From assembly GCF_003018235.1 (NCBI RefSeq), contig NZ_CP027437.1: 64,000 nucleotides of DNA; one strand, given 5' to 3'. The notes under the pieces were generated by a model. That model ran no database searches. It had not been told where the DNA came from and worked only from the letters and a program-made list of their open reading frames with translations. The translations under genes and the position numbers were made by a program. This DNA comes from Escherichia coli (GTDB taxonomy: Bacteria; Pseudomonadota; Gammaproteobacteria; Enterobacterales; Enterobacteriaceae). Below are positions 1 to 13,439 of the stretch, piece after piece (the stretch's first letter is position 1; each line of letters starts with the position of its first letter).

Positions 1-968
1 TGGACGGCAAACCGATTTATACGCTCTACATCGCGCTTTCGATCGATTTTCATCTTCATTACATAAATGATTTGATGAATAAACTTATTATGACCGCATC
101 GATCATCAGCATCCTGATCGTCTTTATCGTGCTGTTGGCGGTACATAAAGGTCACGCACCGATCCGCAGCGTCAGCCGTCAAATCCAGAACATTACCTCG
201 AAAGATCTCGACGTTCGCCTTGACCCGCAGACCGTGCCGATTGAGCTGGAACAGCTGGTACTGTCGTTCAACCATATGATCGAGCGTATTGAGGATGTCT
301 TTACCCGCCAGTCCAATTTCTCAGCGGATATCGCCCACGAAATTCGTACACCAATTACGAATCTCATAACGCAAACGGAAATCGCCCTCAGCCAGTCGCG
401 CAGCCAGAAGGAGCTGGAAGATGTGCTCTACTCTAATCTCGAAGAGCTGACGCGAATGGCGAAAATGGTCAGCGATATGCTGTTTCTCGCCCAGGCCGAT
501 AACAACCAGTTAATCCCCGAAAAGAAAATGCTCAACCTGGCGGATGAAGTCGGCAAAGTGTTCGATTTTTTCGAGGCATTAGCGGAAGATCGCGGCGTGG
601 AGTTGCGGTTTGTTGGTGACGAGTGTCAGGTTGCGGGCGATCCGCTGATGCTGCGTCGGGCGTTAAGCAACCTGCTTTCGAACGCCCTGCGTTATACGCC
701 GCCCGGAGAGGCGATTGTAGTGCGCTGCCAGACGGTCGATCACCAGGTGCAAGTTTCCGTCGAAAACCCCGGTACGCCCATTGCGCCCGAGCACTTACCG
801 CGATTGTTTGACCGTTTCTACCGCGTTGACCCCTCCCGCCAGCGAAAAGGCGAAGGTAGCGGCATTGGTCTGGCGATAGTGAAATCGATTGTTGTCGCGC
901 ATAAAGGCACGGTTGCAGTAACGTCAGATGCTCGGGGGACAAGGTTTGTTATCACATTACCCGCTTAA
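1..968 (+). CDS. cusS: Sensor histidine kinase CusS, C-terminal part (CDS enters the window from upstream; reading frame is open from base 3)
   Basis: Translation contains the HisKA phospho-acceptor motif (SADIAHEIRTPITNL) and HATPase motifs (LLSNALRYTP, GSGIGLAIV); matches CusS as I recall it; no in-frame stop upstream of 72. Confidence 0.9.
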   Translation, partial: DGKPIYTLYIALSIDFHLHYINDLMNKLIMTASIISILIVFIVLLAVHKGHAPIRSVSRQIQNITSKDLDVRLDPQTVPIELEQLVLSFNHMIERIEDVFTRQSNFSADIAHEIRTPITNLITQTEIALSQSRSQKELEDVLYSNLEELTRMAKMVSDMLFLAQADNNQLIPEKKMLNLADEVGKVFDFFEALAEDRGVELRFVGDECQVAGDPLMLRRALSNLLSNALRYTPPGEAIVVRCQTVDHQVQVSVENPGTPIAPEHLPRLFDRFYRVDPSRQRKGEGSGIGLAIVKSIVVAHKGTVAVTSDARGTRFVITLPA

Positions 969-1117
969 TTATTCAGCAAACGGCAACTTTTATAACCAGT
1001 GTAAAAATAACGTGCCGCAATAGTCATACCTATTAATGGTAAAAAGCTGTCACAATTCATAAAAAACCTTAATATACGCCACCCTAAACATAACCAGCGT
1101 TAATGTAAGGTTTTTGT

Positions 1118-3355
1118 GTGGACTGGCTTCTTGATGTTTTTGCTACCTGGCTCTACGGCTTAAAAGTAATCGCGATAACGTTAGCGGTCATCATGTTCAT
1201 CAGCGGGCTGGACGATTTTTTTATTGATGTCGTCTACTGGGTACGCCGCATTAAACGCAAGTTGAGTGTTTATCGCCGCTACCCGCGAATGAGTTACCGC
1301 GAACTGTATAAACCAGATGAAAAACCGTTAGCGATTATGGTTCCGGCGTGGAATGAAACGGGCGTCATCGGCAATATGGCCGAGCTGGCGGCGACCACGC
1401 TCGACTATGAAAACTATCATATCTTTGTTGGCACCTACCCCAACGACCCCGATACTCAGCGTGATGTTGACGAAGTGTGCGCTCGCTTCCCAAACGTGCA
1501 TAAGGTAGTCTGCGCGCGTCCTGGCCCCACCAGCAAAGCCGACTGCCTGAACAACGTGCTGGACGCCATCACCCAGTTTGAGCGTAGCGCCAATTTCGCA
1601 TTTGCTGGTTTTATTCTGCATGACGCCGAAGATGTGATTTCACCGATGGAATTGCGTCTGTTCAACTATCTGGTCGAGCGTAAAGATCTGATTCAGATCC
1701 CGGTGTACCCATTCGAACGCGAATGGACGCACTTCACCAGCATGACTTACATTGATGAGTTTTCAGAACTGCATGGCAAAGATGTTCCGGTGCGTGAAGC
1801 CCTCGCCGGACAGGTGCCCAGCGCAGGCGTCGGCACCTGTTTCAGCCGCCGCGCCGTGACCGCACTGTTAGCTGACGGTGACGGTATTGCTTTCGACGTG
1901 CAGAGTCTTACTGAAGATTACGACATTGGTTTCCGCCTGAAAGAAAAAGGTATGACGGAAATTTTTGTCCGTTTTCCGGTGGTGGACGAAGCCAAAGAAC
2001 GCGAGCAGCGTAAATTTTTACAGCACGCGCGGACGTCAAACATGATCTGCGTGCGCGAATATTTCCCCGATACCTTTTCGACTGCGGTTCGACAAAAATC
2101 TCGCTGGATCATCGGCATTGTTTTCCAGGGCTTTAAAACCCACAAATGGACCTCCAGCCTGACGCTGAACTACTTTCTCTGGCGCGACCGCAAAGGGGCA
2201 ATCAGTAACTTTGTCAGCTTCCTCGCGATGCTGGTGATGATCCAGCTTTTGCTGTTGCTGGCGTATGAAAGTTTGTGGCCCGATGCCTGGCATTTCCTTT
2301 CTATTTTCAGCGGCAGCGCATGGTTAATGACTCTGCTGTGGCTAAACTTTGGCTTGATGATTAACCGCATCGTGCAGCGGGTGATTTTCGTTACTGGCTA
2401 CTACGGCCTGACGCAGGGGCTGCTATCTGTCCTGCGTCTTTTCTGGGGCAACCTGATTAACTTCATGGCCAACTGGCGCGCGTTAAAACAGGTACTTCAA
2501 CACGGCGATCCACGTCGTGTCGCGTGGGATAAAACAACGCATGACTTCCCCAGCGTGACTGGCGATACCCGCTCGTTGCGTCCGTTAGGTCAAATCCTGC
2601 TGGAAAATCAGGTCATCACTGAAGAACAACTCGATACAGCACTGCGTAATCGCGTCGAAGGTCTACGCCTGGGCGGTTCAATGCTGATGCAGGGGCTGAT
2701 TAGCGCCGAACAGCTGGCACAGGCGCTGGCAGAGCAAAACGGCGTGGCGTGGGAGTCGATCGACGCCTGGCAGATCCCTTCATCACTGATTGCCGAAATG
2801 CCGGCCTCCGTGGCGCTGCATTATGCAGTACTGCCGCTGCGTCTGGAAAATGATGAGTTAATTGTCGGCAGTGAAGATGGTATTGACCCGGTTTCGCTGG
2901 CGGCCCTGACGCGTAAAGTCGGACGCAAAGTGCGTTACGTCATTGTTCTGCGGGGACAAATTGTCACGGGGTTACGCCACTGGTATGCGCGCCGACGCGG
3001 TCACGATCCGCGGGCAATGTTGTACAATGCGGTTCAGCATCAGTGGCTCACGGAACAGCAGGCCGGTGAAATCTGGCGGCAATATGTGCCGCATCAGTTC
3101 CTGTTCGCCGAAATACTGACCACGCTCGGTCATATTAATCGTTCAGCAATTAACGTGTTGTTATTGCGCCATGAACGCAGTTCTCTGCCGCTCGGCAAGT
3201 TTTTGGTCACCGAAGGCGTTATCAGCCAGGAAACGTTGGATCGCGTCCTGACAATTCAACGCGAATTACAAGTTTCGATGCAATCACTATTACTCAAAGC
3301 AGGTTTAAACACAGAACAGGTTGCGCAACTGGAGTCCGAAAATGAAGGAGAATAA
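1118..3355 (+). CDS. nfrB: Bacteriophage N4 adsorption protein B, inner-membrane glycosyltransferase-like (745 aa, GTG start)
   Basis: 745-aa ORF with N-terminal TM segment; size and sequence match K-12 NfrB; conserved position next to cusS and nfrA. Confidence 0.88.
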   Translation: MDWLLDVFATWLYGLKVIAITLAVIMFISGLDDFFIDVVYWVRRIKRKLSVYRRYPRMSYRELYKPDEKPLAIMVPAWNETGVIGNMAELAATTLDYENYHIFVGTYPNDPDTQRDVDEVCARFPNVHKVVCARPGPTSKADCLNNVLDAITQFERSANFAFAGFILHDAEDVISPMELRLFNYLVERKDLIQIPVYPFEREWTHFTSMTYIDEFSELHGKDVPVREALAGQVPSAGVGTCFSRRAVTALLADGDGIAFDVQSLTEDYDIGFRLKEKGMTEIFVRFPVVDEAKEREQRKFLQHARTSNMICVREYFPDTFSTAVRQKSRWIIGIVFQGFKTHKWTSSLTLNYFLWRDRKGAISNFVSFLAMLVMIQLLLLLAYESLWPDAWHFLSIFSGSAWLMTLLWLNFGLMINRIVQRVIFVTGYYGLTQGLLSVLRLFWGNLINFMANWRALKQVLQHGDPRRVAWDKTTHDFPSVTGDTRSLRPLGQILLENQVITEEQLDTALRNRVEGLRLGGSMLMQGLISAEQLAQALAEQNGVAWESIDAWQIPSSLIAEMPASVALHYAVLPLRLENDELIVGSEDGIDPVSLAALTRKVGRKVRYVIVLRGQIVTGLRHWYARRRGHDPRAMLYNAVQHQWLTEQQAGEIWRQYVPHQFLFAEILTTLGHINRSAINVLLLRHERSSLPLGKFLVTEGVISQETLDRVLTIQRELQVSMQSLLLKAGLNTEQVAQLESENEGE

Positions 3356-6314
3356 CCTTAATCGCGTCATCGGATGGTCTGGTTTACTGCTGACGTCTTT
3401 ATTGAGTACCAGCGCACTCGCAGACAATATCGGCACCAGCGCAGAAGAGCTGGGGCTGAGCGATTATCGCCATTTTGTTATTTATCCCCGTCTCGACAAG
3501 GCGCTGAAGGTACAGAAAAATAACGACGAAGCAACCGCCATCCGCGAATTTGAATATATACACCAGCAGGTGCCGGATAATATTCCGCTAACTTTATACC
3601 TTGCGGAAGCCTATCGCCATTTTGGTCATGATGACCGGGCGCGGCTGTTGCTTGAGGATCAACTGAAACGTCACCCAGGAGATGCCCGACTTGAGCGCAG
3701 TCTGGCGGCTATTCCAGTTGAAGTGAAAAGCGTTACGACTGTTGAAGAACTGCTTGCCCAGCAAAAAGCGTGCGATGCTGCGCCGACCCTGCGTTGTCGC
3801 AGTGAAGTTGGGCAGAATGCCCTGCGGCTGGCACAATTACCTGTCGCCAGAGCGCAACTGAACGATGCGACGTTTGCTGCATCGCCGGAAGGAAAAACGC
3901 TGCGAACCGATCTGCTGCAACGGGCAATCTACCTGAAGCAATGGTCCCAGGCAGATACGCTATACAATGAAGCACGCCAGCAGAACACATTAAGCGCGGC
4001 AGAACGCCGCCAGTGGTTTGATGTGCTTCTTGCCGGGCAGCTGGACGATCGGATCCTGGCGCTGCAATCACAGGGGATCTTCACCGATCCGCAGTCATAT
4101 ATTACTTACGCGACCGCGCTGGCTTATCGTGACGAAAAAGCACGCCTCCAGCGTTATCTCATTGAAAATACTCCGCTATTTACCACGGACGCACAAGAGA
4201 AAAGTTGGCTCTATCTGTTATCTAAATACAGCGGCAACCCCGTTCAGGCGTTGGCGAATTATACGGTACAGTTTGCCGACAACCGCCAGTATGTTGTTGG
4301 CGCGACGCTACCGGTGCTGTTAAAAGAAGGTCAGTACGACGCAGCGCAAAAACTGCTCGCCACCCTCCCCGCCAATGAAATGCTTGAGGAGCGTTATACC
4401 GTTAGCGTAGCGACCCATAACAAGGCTGAAGCTCTGCGTCTGGCACGATTGCTGTATCAGCAAGAACCGGCAAATCTTACCCGCCTGGATCAACTGACCT
4501 GGCAACTGATGCAGAACGAGCAGTCACGCGAAGCTGCCGATTTATTGCTGCAACGCTATCCTTTCCAGGGCGATGCGCGTGTCAGCCAGACTTTAATGGC
4601 GCGACTGGCGTCTCTGCTGGAAAGTCATCCTTACCTGGCAACTCCGGCGAAGGTGGCGATTTTATCGAAACCCTTACCGCTGGCGGAGCAACGTCAGTGG
4701 CAAAGTCAGTTGCCGGGTATTGCAGATAATTGCCCGGCAATAGTTCGCTTGCTGGGCGATATGTCGCCTTCCTACGATGCCGCCGCCTGGAACCGTCTGG
4801 CAAAGTGTTATCGGGACACGCTACCCGGTGTGGCGTTGTATGCATGGCTTCAGGCCGAACAACGACAACCGAACGCCTGGCAACATCGTGCGGTAGCCTA
4901 TCAGGCGTATCAGGTTGAGGACTACGCCACCGCACTGGCGGCCTGGCAGAAAATCAGTCTTCACGACATGAGCAATGAGGATCTGCTTGCTGCTGCCAAT
5001 ACCGCCCAGGCGGCAGGAAATGGTGCGGCTCGCGATCGCTGGCTTCAGCAGGCAGAACAACGTGGGCTGGGAAACAATGCCCTCTACTGGTGGCTGCATG
5101 CGCAACGTTACATTCCTGGTCAGCCGGAACTCGCACTGAACGATCTCACGCGCTCAATCAATATTGCGCCTTCTGCCAACGCTTACGTTGCGCGGGCGAC
5201 AATTTATCGCCAACGTCATAATGTCCCGGCGGCGGTGAGTGATTTGCGCGCCGCGCTGGAACTGGAACCGAATAATAGCAACACCCAGGCAGCGCTCGGT
5301 TACGCCTTGTGGGATAGCGGTGATATCGCACAGTCGCGGGAAATGCTCGAACAGGCGCATAAAGGGCTACCGGACGATCCGGCACTTATCCGACAACTGG
5401 CCTACGTGAACCAGCGTCTGGATAACATGCCTGCGACGCAGCACTACGCCCGGCTGGTGATTGATGACATTGATAATCAGGCGCTGATAACCCCACTGAC
5501 CCCAGAGCAAAATCAGCAACGCTTCAATTTCCGCCGTCTGCATGAGGAGGTCGGTCGCCGCTGGACGTTCAGTTTCGATTCTTCCATCGGCTTGCGTTCC
5601 GGCGCAATGAGTACCGCTAACAATAATGTCGGCGGCGCAGCGCCAGGGAAAAGCTATCGTAGCTACGGGCAACTGGAAGCCGAGTACCGCATCGGACGCA
5701 ATATGCTGCTGGAAGGCGACCTGCTCTCGGTTTACAGCCGTGTATTTGCCGATACCGGAGAAAACGGGGTGATGATGCCGGTGAAAAATCCGATGTCCGG
5801 CACCGGTCTGCGCTGGAAGCCGCTACGCGATCAGATCTTTTTCCTCGCCGTCGAACAGCAGTTGCCGCTGAACGGGCAAAATGGCGCATCCGATACCATG
5901 CTGCGCGCCAGCGCCTCATTCTTTAATGGCGGCAAATACAGCGACGAATGGCACCCGAACGGTTCAGGCTGGTTTGCCCAAAACCTGTACCTCGATGCGG
6001 CGCAATATATCCGCCAGGATATTCAGGCGTGGACGGCAGATTATCGCGTCAGCTGGCATCAGAAGGTAGCTAACGGACAGACTATTGAGCCTTACGCTCA
6101 CGTTCAGGACAACGGCTATCGTGATAAAGGCACTCAGGGCGCGCAGCTTGGCGGTGTCGGGGTCCGCTGGAATATCTGGACCGGCGAGACGCACTACGAC
6201 GCCTGGCCGCACAAAGTCAGTCTCGGCGTCGAGTATCAACATACCTTTAAGGCGATTAATCAACGTAACGGAGAGCGCAACAACGCGTTTCTCACCATTG
6301 GAGTGCACTGGTAA
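3342..6314 (+). CDS. nfrA: Bacteriophage N4 adsorption protein A, outer-membrane TPR protein
   Basis: Start chosen at MKENNLNRVIGW (signal peptide follows); overlaps nfrB end as in K-12. Confidence 0.85.
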   Translation: MKENNLNRVIGWSGLLLTSLLSTSALADNIGTSAEELGLSDYRHFVIYPRLDKALKVQKNNDEATAIREFEYIHQQVPDNIPLTLYLAEAYRHFGHDDRARLLLEDQLKRHPGDARLERSLAAIPVEVKSVTTVEELLAQQKACDAAPTLRCRSEVGQNALRLAQLPVARAQLNDATFAASPEGKTLRTDLLQRAIYLKQWSQADTLYNEARQQNTLSAAERRQWFDVLLAGQLDDRILALQSQGIFTDPQSYITYATALAYRDEKARLQRYLIENTPLFTTDAQEKSWLYLLSKYSGNPVQALANYTVQFADNRQYVVGATLPVLLKEGQYDAAQKLLATLPANEMLEERYTVSVATHNKAEALRLARLLYQQEPANLTRLDQLTWQLMQNEQSREAADLLLQRYPFQGDARVSQTLMARLASLLESHPYLATPAKVAILSKPLPLAEQRQWQSQLPGIADNCPAIVRLLGDMSPSYDAAAWNRLAKCYRDTLPGVALYAWLQAEQRQPNAWQHRAVAYQAYQVEDYATALAAWQKISLHDMSNEDLLAAANTAQAAGNGAARDRWLQQAEQRGLGNNALYWWLHAQRYIPGQPELALNDLTRSINIAPSANAYVARATIYRQRHNVPAAVSDLRAALELEPNNSNTQAALGYALWDSGDIAQSREMLEQAHKGLPDDPALIRQLAYVNQRLDNMPATQHYARLVIDDIDNQALITPLTPEQNQQRFNFRRLHEEVGRRWTFSFDSSIGLRSGAMSTANNNVGGAAPGKSYRSYGQLEAEYRIGRNMLLEGDLLSVYSRVFADTGENGVMMPVKNPMSGTGLRWKPLRDQIFFLAVEQQLPLNGQNGASDTMLRASASFFNGGKYSDEWHPNGSGWFAQNLYLDAAQYIRQDIQAWTADYRVSWHQKVANGQTIEPYAHVQDNGYRDKGTQGAQLGGVGVRWNIWTGETHYDAWPHKVSLGVEYQHTFKAINQRNGERNNAFLTIGVHW

Positions 6315-7205
6315 ATGCGTAAGTTCATTTTCGTATTGCTGACACTGCTTTTGGTCAGCCCTTTTTCCTTTGCGATGAAAGGTATTATCTGGCAACCACA
6401 AAACCGTGATAGTCAGGTTACCGATACCCAGTGGCAGGGGCTGATGAGTCAGTTACGTTTGCAAGGCTTCGATACCCTGGTTTTGCAATGGACCCGTTAC
6501 GGCGATGCATTCACCCAGCCAGAACAGCGCGCGTTATTGTTTAAGCGTGCCGCAGCTGCGCAACAGGCTGGCCTGAAGCTGATTGTCGGGCTGAATGCCG
6601 ATCCGGAATTTTTTATGCACCAGAAACAGTCATCCGCGGCGCTGGAAAGCTATCTTAATCGCCTGCTGGCTGCCGATCTCCAGCAAGCCAGATTATGGAG
6701 CGCCGCGCCTGGCGTAACGCCGGATGGCTGGTACATCAGCGCGGAAATTGACGACCTGAACTGGCGCAGCGAAGCCGCCCGTCAGCCTTTGCTAACATGG
6801 TTAAACAACGCGCAGCGGCTGATTAGCGATGTTTCAGCAAAACCGGTTTATATCAGTAGTTTTTTCGCCGGAAACATGTCGCCAGATGGCTATCGCCAAC
6901 TGCTGGAACAAGTTAAAGCAACCGGCGTTGATGTCTGGGTACAGGATGGCAGCGGCGTGGATAAACTTACCGCTGAACAGCGTGAACGTTATCTACAGGC
7001 CAGCGCCGATTGCCAAAGTTCCGCCCCTGCCAGCGGCATTGTTTATGAACTGTTTGTCGCCGGCAAAGGTAAAACCTTTACAGCGAAACCGAAACCGGAT
7101 GCAGAGATCGCCTCGCTGTTAGCGAAACGTTCCTCTTGCGGTAAAGACACGCTCTATTTCTCTCTGCGCTATTTGCCCGTTGCGCACGACATTCTCGAGT
7201 ATTAA
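6315..7205 (+). CDS. ybcH: Uncharacterised periplasmic protein YbcH (signal peptide)
   Basis: 296-aa ORF with N-terminal signal sequence immediately after nfrA, same order as K-12. Confidence 0.8.
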   Translation: MRKFIFVLLTLLLVSPFSFAMKGIIWQPQNRDSQVTDTQWQGLMSQLRLQGFDTLVLQWTRYGDAFTQPEQRALLFKRAAAAQQAGLKLIVGLNADPEFFMHQKQSSAALESYLNRLLAADLQQARLWSAAPGVTPDGWYISAEIDDLNWRSEAARQPLLTWLNNAQRLISDVSAKPVYISSFFAGNMSPDGYRQLLEQVKATGVDVWVQDGSGVDKLTAEQRERYLQASADCQSSAPASGIVYELFVAGKGKTFTAKPKPDAEIASLLAKRSSCGKDTLYFSLRYLPVAHDILEY

Positions 7206-7739
7206 ATCTCCTCCAGGTAAGTCGGGTACGACCTGGCTTACCTCTTTCGCTCTCGTCAGAATTCCATCAAGATTAATTGCTAAAAAGCGTGCTAAAGAAA
7301 GAAGATCGTTATCGGCGAACGGGCCGATCACTCATGCAGGAAGCATAGATCCTTTGAGCGGAGTTTCTGATATCTGAGGAGTGCGAAATGCAATTGAGCA
7401 GCAGTGAACCTTGCGTGGTGATCCTGACCGAAAAAGAGGTAGAGGTAAGCGTTAATAACCATGCCACGTTTACCCTTCCGAAAAACTACCTGGCCGCCTT
7501 CGCGTGCAACAATAACGTCATTGAACTCTCAACGTTAAATCACGTATTAATCACCCACATCAACCGCAACATCATCAACGATTATCTGTTGTTTTTAAAT
7601 AAGAACTTAACCTGCGTAAAGCCCTGGTCGCGGCTGGCTACCCCGGTTATCGCTTGTCATAGCCGTACACCGGAAGTGTTCCGGCTAGCCGCCAACCACA
7701 GCAAGCAGCAACCCAGCAAACCCTGCGAAGCGGAGTTGA

Positions 7740-9810
<2,071 letters not shown>

Positions 9811-10151
9811 TCAAAGCGATATTCAGCATTACTGGAATCTGCGAATTGTCGCCAGTTCGCTATGTTTAAGCCCCAGCCTGCTCAAAAAGAAATTAAAAAA
9901 CGAAAATACCAGCTATAGCCAGATTGTCACAGAGTGTCGTATGCGTTACGCCGTACAGATATTATTGATGGATAACAAAAATATCACTCAGGTAGCGCAA
10001 TTATGTGGCTATAGCAGCACGTCGTACTTTATCTCTGTTTTTAAGGCGTTTTACGGCCTGACACCGTTGAATTATCTCGCCAAACAGCGACAAAAAGTGA
10101 TGTGGTGAAGGGCAAAGCGGAAACAGATAAGACGGGCATAAATGAAGAAGA

Positions 10152-10198
10152 AATGGCGCGCCCTGCAGGATTCGAACCTGCGGCCCACGACTTAGAAG
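10152..10198. other. Prophage attachment-site copy: 47 bp identical to the 3' portion of argU (partial tRNA, not a functional gene)
   Basis: Exact 47-nt match to 52089-52135 (reverse complement of the tRNA-Arg 3' end including acceptor stem and T-arm); sequence diverges on both sides. Confidence 0.85.
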
Positions 10199-10620
10199 TT
10201 CCTAGAACGACATTTTAAGTCAACAAATTACCGCGCCATCTCTGCGCTCACACGTCCCACTACCTCAAAACATGTAAAGCCTTGCAAGCCATTGTGAGGC
10301 CTTATGTGTCTCAGTTTTGTCCCTCTTTTTTGTACTAAAAAACATAGTAATTGAGGATAAACCTCATGCTATTTTCGCTTATATGCCTCTAAAGGCATGG
10401 CACTTAAATAGATAAAAGCACCACAAAAGCATAAAAAACCACACAGTAAAACCGCAATATGAAACAATAACAGATAATTAAACCAAAAACAGATAGCGCA
10501 TTGTGATAATCATTCAATACTAAACAAAATATAAACAGTGGAGCAATATGTAATTGACTCATTAAGTTAGATATAAAAAATACATATTCAATCATTAAAA
10601 CGATTGAATGGAGAACTTTT

Positions 10621-11574
10621 ATGCGGGCGAAACTTCTGGGAATAGTCCTGACAACCCCTATTGCGATCAGCTCTTTTGCTTCTACCGAGACTATATCGTT
10701 TACTCCTGACAACATAAATGCGGACATTAGTCTTGGAACTCTGAGCGGAAAAACAAAAGAGCGCGTTTATCTAGCTGAAGAAGGAGGCCGAAAAGTCAGT
10801 CAACTCGACTGGAAATTCAATAACGCTGCAATTATTAAAGGTGCAATTAATTGGGATTTGATGCCCCAGATATCTATTGGGGCTGCGGGCTGGACTACTC
10901 TCGGCAGCCGGGGTGGCAATATGGTCGATCAGGACTGGATGGATTCCAGTAACCCCGGAACCTGGACAGATGAAAGTAGGCACCCTGATACACAACTCAA
11001 TTATGCCAACGAATTTGATCTGAATATCAAAGGCTGGCTCCTCAACGAACCCAATTACCGCCTGGGACTCATGGCCGGATATCAGGAAAGCCGTTATAGC
11101 TTTACAGCCAGAGGTGGTTCCTATATCTACAGTTCTGAGGAGGGATTCAGAGATGATATCGGCTCCTTCCCGAATGGAGAAAGAGCAATCGGCTACAAAC
11201 AACGTTTTAAAATGCCCTACATTGGCTTGACTGGAAGTTATCGTTATGAAGATTTTGAACTCGGTGGCACATTTAAATACAGCGGCTGGGTGGAATCATC
11301 TGATAACGATGAACACTATGACCCGGGAAAAAGAATCACTTATCGCAGTAAGGTCAAAGACCAAAATTACTATTCTGTTGCAGTCAATGCAGGTTATTAC
11401 GTAACACCTAACGCAAAAGTTTATGTTGAAGGCGCATGGAATCGGGTTACGAATAAAAAAGGTAATACTTCACTTTATGATCACAATGATAACACTTCAG
11501 ACTACAGCAAAAATGGTGCAGGCATAGAAAACTATAACTTCATCACTACTGCTGGTCTTAAGTACACCTTTTAA
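10621..11574 (+). CDS. ompT: Outer-membrane protease OmpT (omptin family)
   Basis: 317-aa ORF with signal peptide and beta-barrel C-terminal Phe; matches OmpT. Confidence 0.9.
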   Translation: MRAKLLGIVLTTPIAISSFASTETISFTPDNINADISLGTLSGKTKERVYLAEEGGRKVSQLDWKFNNAAIIKGAINWDLMPQISIGAAGWTTLGSRGGNMVDQDWMDSSNPGTWTDESRHPDTQLNYANEFDLNIKGWLLNEPNYRLGLMAGYQESRYSFTARGGSYIYSSEEGFRDDIGSFPNGERAIGYKQRFKMPYIGLTGSYRYEDFELGGTFKYSGWVESSDNDEHYDPGKRITYRSKVKDQNYYSVAVNAGYYVTPNAKVYVEGAWNRVTNKKGNTSLYDHNDNTSDYSKNGAGIENYNFITTAGLKYTF

Positions 11575-11823
11575 GAACGCCAACTAAAATTTCCCCGAGG
11601 TGAAAATCGCCCCGGGGAATAACTAGCCATATCAATGTAACAATTAACCCTTAAAATAAACCCAGAAGGTTATTAACTGAATCACATAGAAAACCATCAA
11701 TTATAGTGTGTATAAAATGGGCGACAGCAACCCAATTACAAATTAATGGTTCCAGAATATCACATCAAAAAACACGCTATATAATATTATAATTAATATG
11801 TAGACAACTTGTAATAAACATTA

Positions 11824-12573
11824 TCAGTCAATTGTTTTGTTTATTCCATCTGTGACGCCGATTACTTTCTCAAAATAATGAGATGGCGTGACACCATAAT
11901 AATCTTTAAATGCACATATGAAATATGAAGTACTGTTATAGCCACATTTCTGGGCTACAACATTGATAGAATAAGAGTTTGAAGTTATGAGTTTTTTTGC
12001 ATACCTCATCCTAGTGTCTCTCAATACTTCAGTAAATGACGTTCCTTCATCCCTTAATCTTTTTTTTATTAAACTTTCACTCGTATAAATCAATTCCGCA
12101 ATATCTTTTAAATGCCATTGCCGCTCAATATTAAAACTGATTATTCCAGTAATTTTACAGGTAAATGTATTTATATTTGTTAGTATAAATGAATTTACAC
12201 TTTCGCGTTTTTTGAACATGGCAAGTAAGGATATACATAGTCGTTCTTTTAACCAAAGGGAGTGTGAGTCTGCTATTTTAATCCCTTCAAACAGAGAAAA
12301 AACAAGCGATAATGGAGGTTCCTCTTCAGCAATATAGTCATTCTTATCAAGAGTAAATTTGCCAGGCAGCTCATTATTCACGTCGATAAAAAAGGATAAA
12401 CATGTTTTCTTATCTATATCAACAATTCTTAGTTTAGAGGGGCATACTGGTAACTCCCTTCTAATTTTGTCGCTTACAATAAACAATGAATTTTTTTTGA
12501 ACGAGATAACTCTCCTGTTTATAATTAAATCAAATGATTGACAGATGAAAACTACGGAGCAAACATAATCCAT
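11824..12573 (-). CDS. appY: AraC-family transcriptional activator AppY
   Basis: 249-aa ORF with C-terminal AraC HTH (…[26 protein letters not shown]); AT-rich gene as in K-12. Confidence 0.85.
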   Translation of the reverse strand: MDYVCSVVFICQSFDLIINRRVISFKKNSLFIVSDKIRRELPVCPSKLRIVDIDKKTCLSFFIDVNNELPGKFTLDKNDYIAEEEPPLSLVFSLFEGIKIADSHSLWLKERLCISLLAMFKKRESVNSFILTNINTFTCKITGIISFNIERQWHLKDIAELIYTSESLIKKRLRDEGTSFTEVLRDTRMRYAKKLITSNSYSINVVAQKCGYNSTSYFICAFKDYYGVTPSHYFEKVIGVTDGINKTID

Positions 12574-13234
12574 CTTGCACCTATCATAAAATTAAAACAA
12601 GTTGATAATAGTCAAATAACAACCAATTAAATACACAATCATAATCAGGATGATGTGCATTTATATTTTTATACACAAAATTATAGTTTGCAAATTTTAA
12701 TAAATTTCATTTAAGATTAAATTATTATATGTATATTATTTTTTATTCTAACGTATTTCAAAGTTACATTTTTCAACGCTTACTATGCTTTTTATTAACA
12801 TAAACTCACTACAACGCACCTGAAACCTCTTGCTATATATATGTCAACCGTTTGAATTTAAAATAAAAAGAGTATCATTTTTACTTGCATTTCTTATCAA
12901 GTCACATTCAACAACAGTAACAAAACATTATTAGAACCATTCAATTAACAAAAAACCAACATCCGGATTGCTTAACTTTTCTTTATTAAACGATATTGAA
13001 AATCAATTGATAAAATACATCTAAACAACTTTTTGGGGCGCAAAAGCATAACATCAAACCAACAAATAACACACCGAAAAAACTCACAATTAATAACCTA
13101 TGATATACATACTGTTTATTATGGTTGAATAAGCCACTCGATATCTGGCGTAACGGAAGTGTCTACACTGTTCAGCAGCACCCGATACTTCCATGCCTCT
13201 AGCAACAATCTTTCCTCCTCCGTTGTAATTTCCA

Positions 13235-13378
13235 GATCTACAGCATGCTGAAGTGGCGCAATATGCTCACTCTCATTTTACCCTCAAAAATCCGGTCACA
13301 TTCTGCACAGTTCAACGCATTACGTTGTAGATCGGTGTTCTGGTCATTTGTTGATACACGTACATAGCCAATAAGCAT
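13235..13378 (-). pseudogene. Truncated Gin/Pin/Cin-family serine DNA invertase (only about 30 N-terminal residues conserved, then frame decays to a stop)
   Basis: Minus-strand translation from ATG at 13378: MLIGYVRVSTNDQNTDLQRNAL… (canonical invertase N-terminus with catalytic Ser region) followed by unrelated residues and stop after 47 codons; no ORF of invertase length in 12.6-13.4 kb. Confidence 0.7.
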
Positions 13379-13439
13379 GTTAAATCCCCTTGGTAAAAGC
13401 AGGAATGATGCCATTTGCTTGTTATTTCTTCATTTTCAT

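Noticed and set aside
179-942. Several 60-136 aa ORFs (179-367 minus, 532-942 minus, 623-811 plus) inside cusS
   Set aside because: They lie in alternative frames or on the opposite strand of a well-supported cusS frame and have low-complexity Arg/Pro-rich translations typical of spurious ORFs in GC-rich coding DNA
7205-7387. Imperfect inverted repeat AGGTAAG…CTTACCT just after ybcH as a terminator
   Set aside because: Stem is short and interrupted and no clear U-tract follows; not confident enough to call
10152-10198. Possible second tRNA gene
   Set aside because: Only the 3' 47 nt of argU are present with no anticodon arm or 5' acceptor stem; it is an att-site duplication, not a tRNA
12574-13130. 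Long AT-rich gap between appY and the invertase remnant as a possible small RNA or hidden gene
   Set aside because: No ORF of meaningful length, no obvious stem-loop or repeat structure seen by eye; more likely decayed sequence left by deletion of the invertase 3' end and neighbouring DNA
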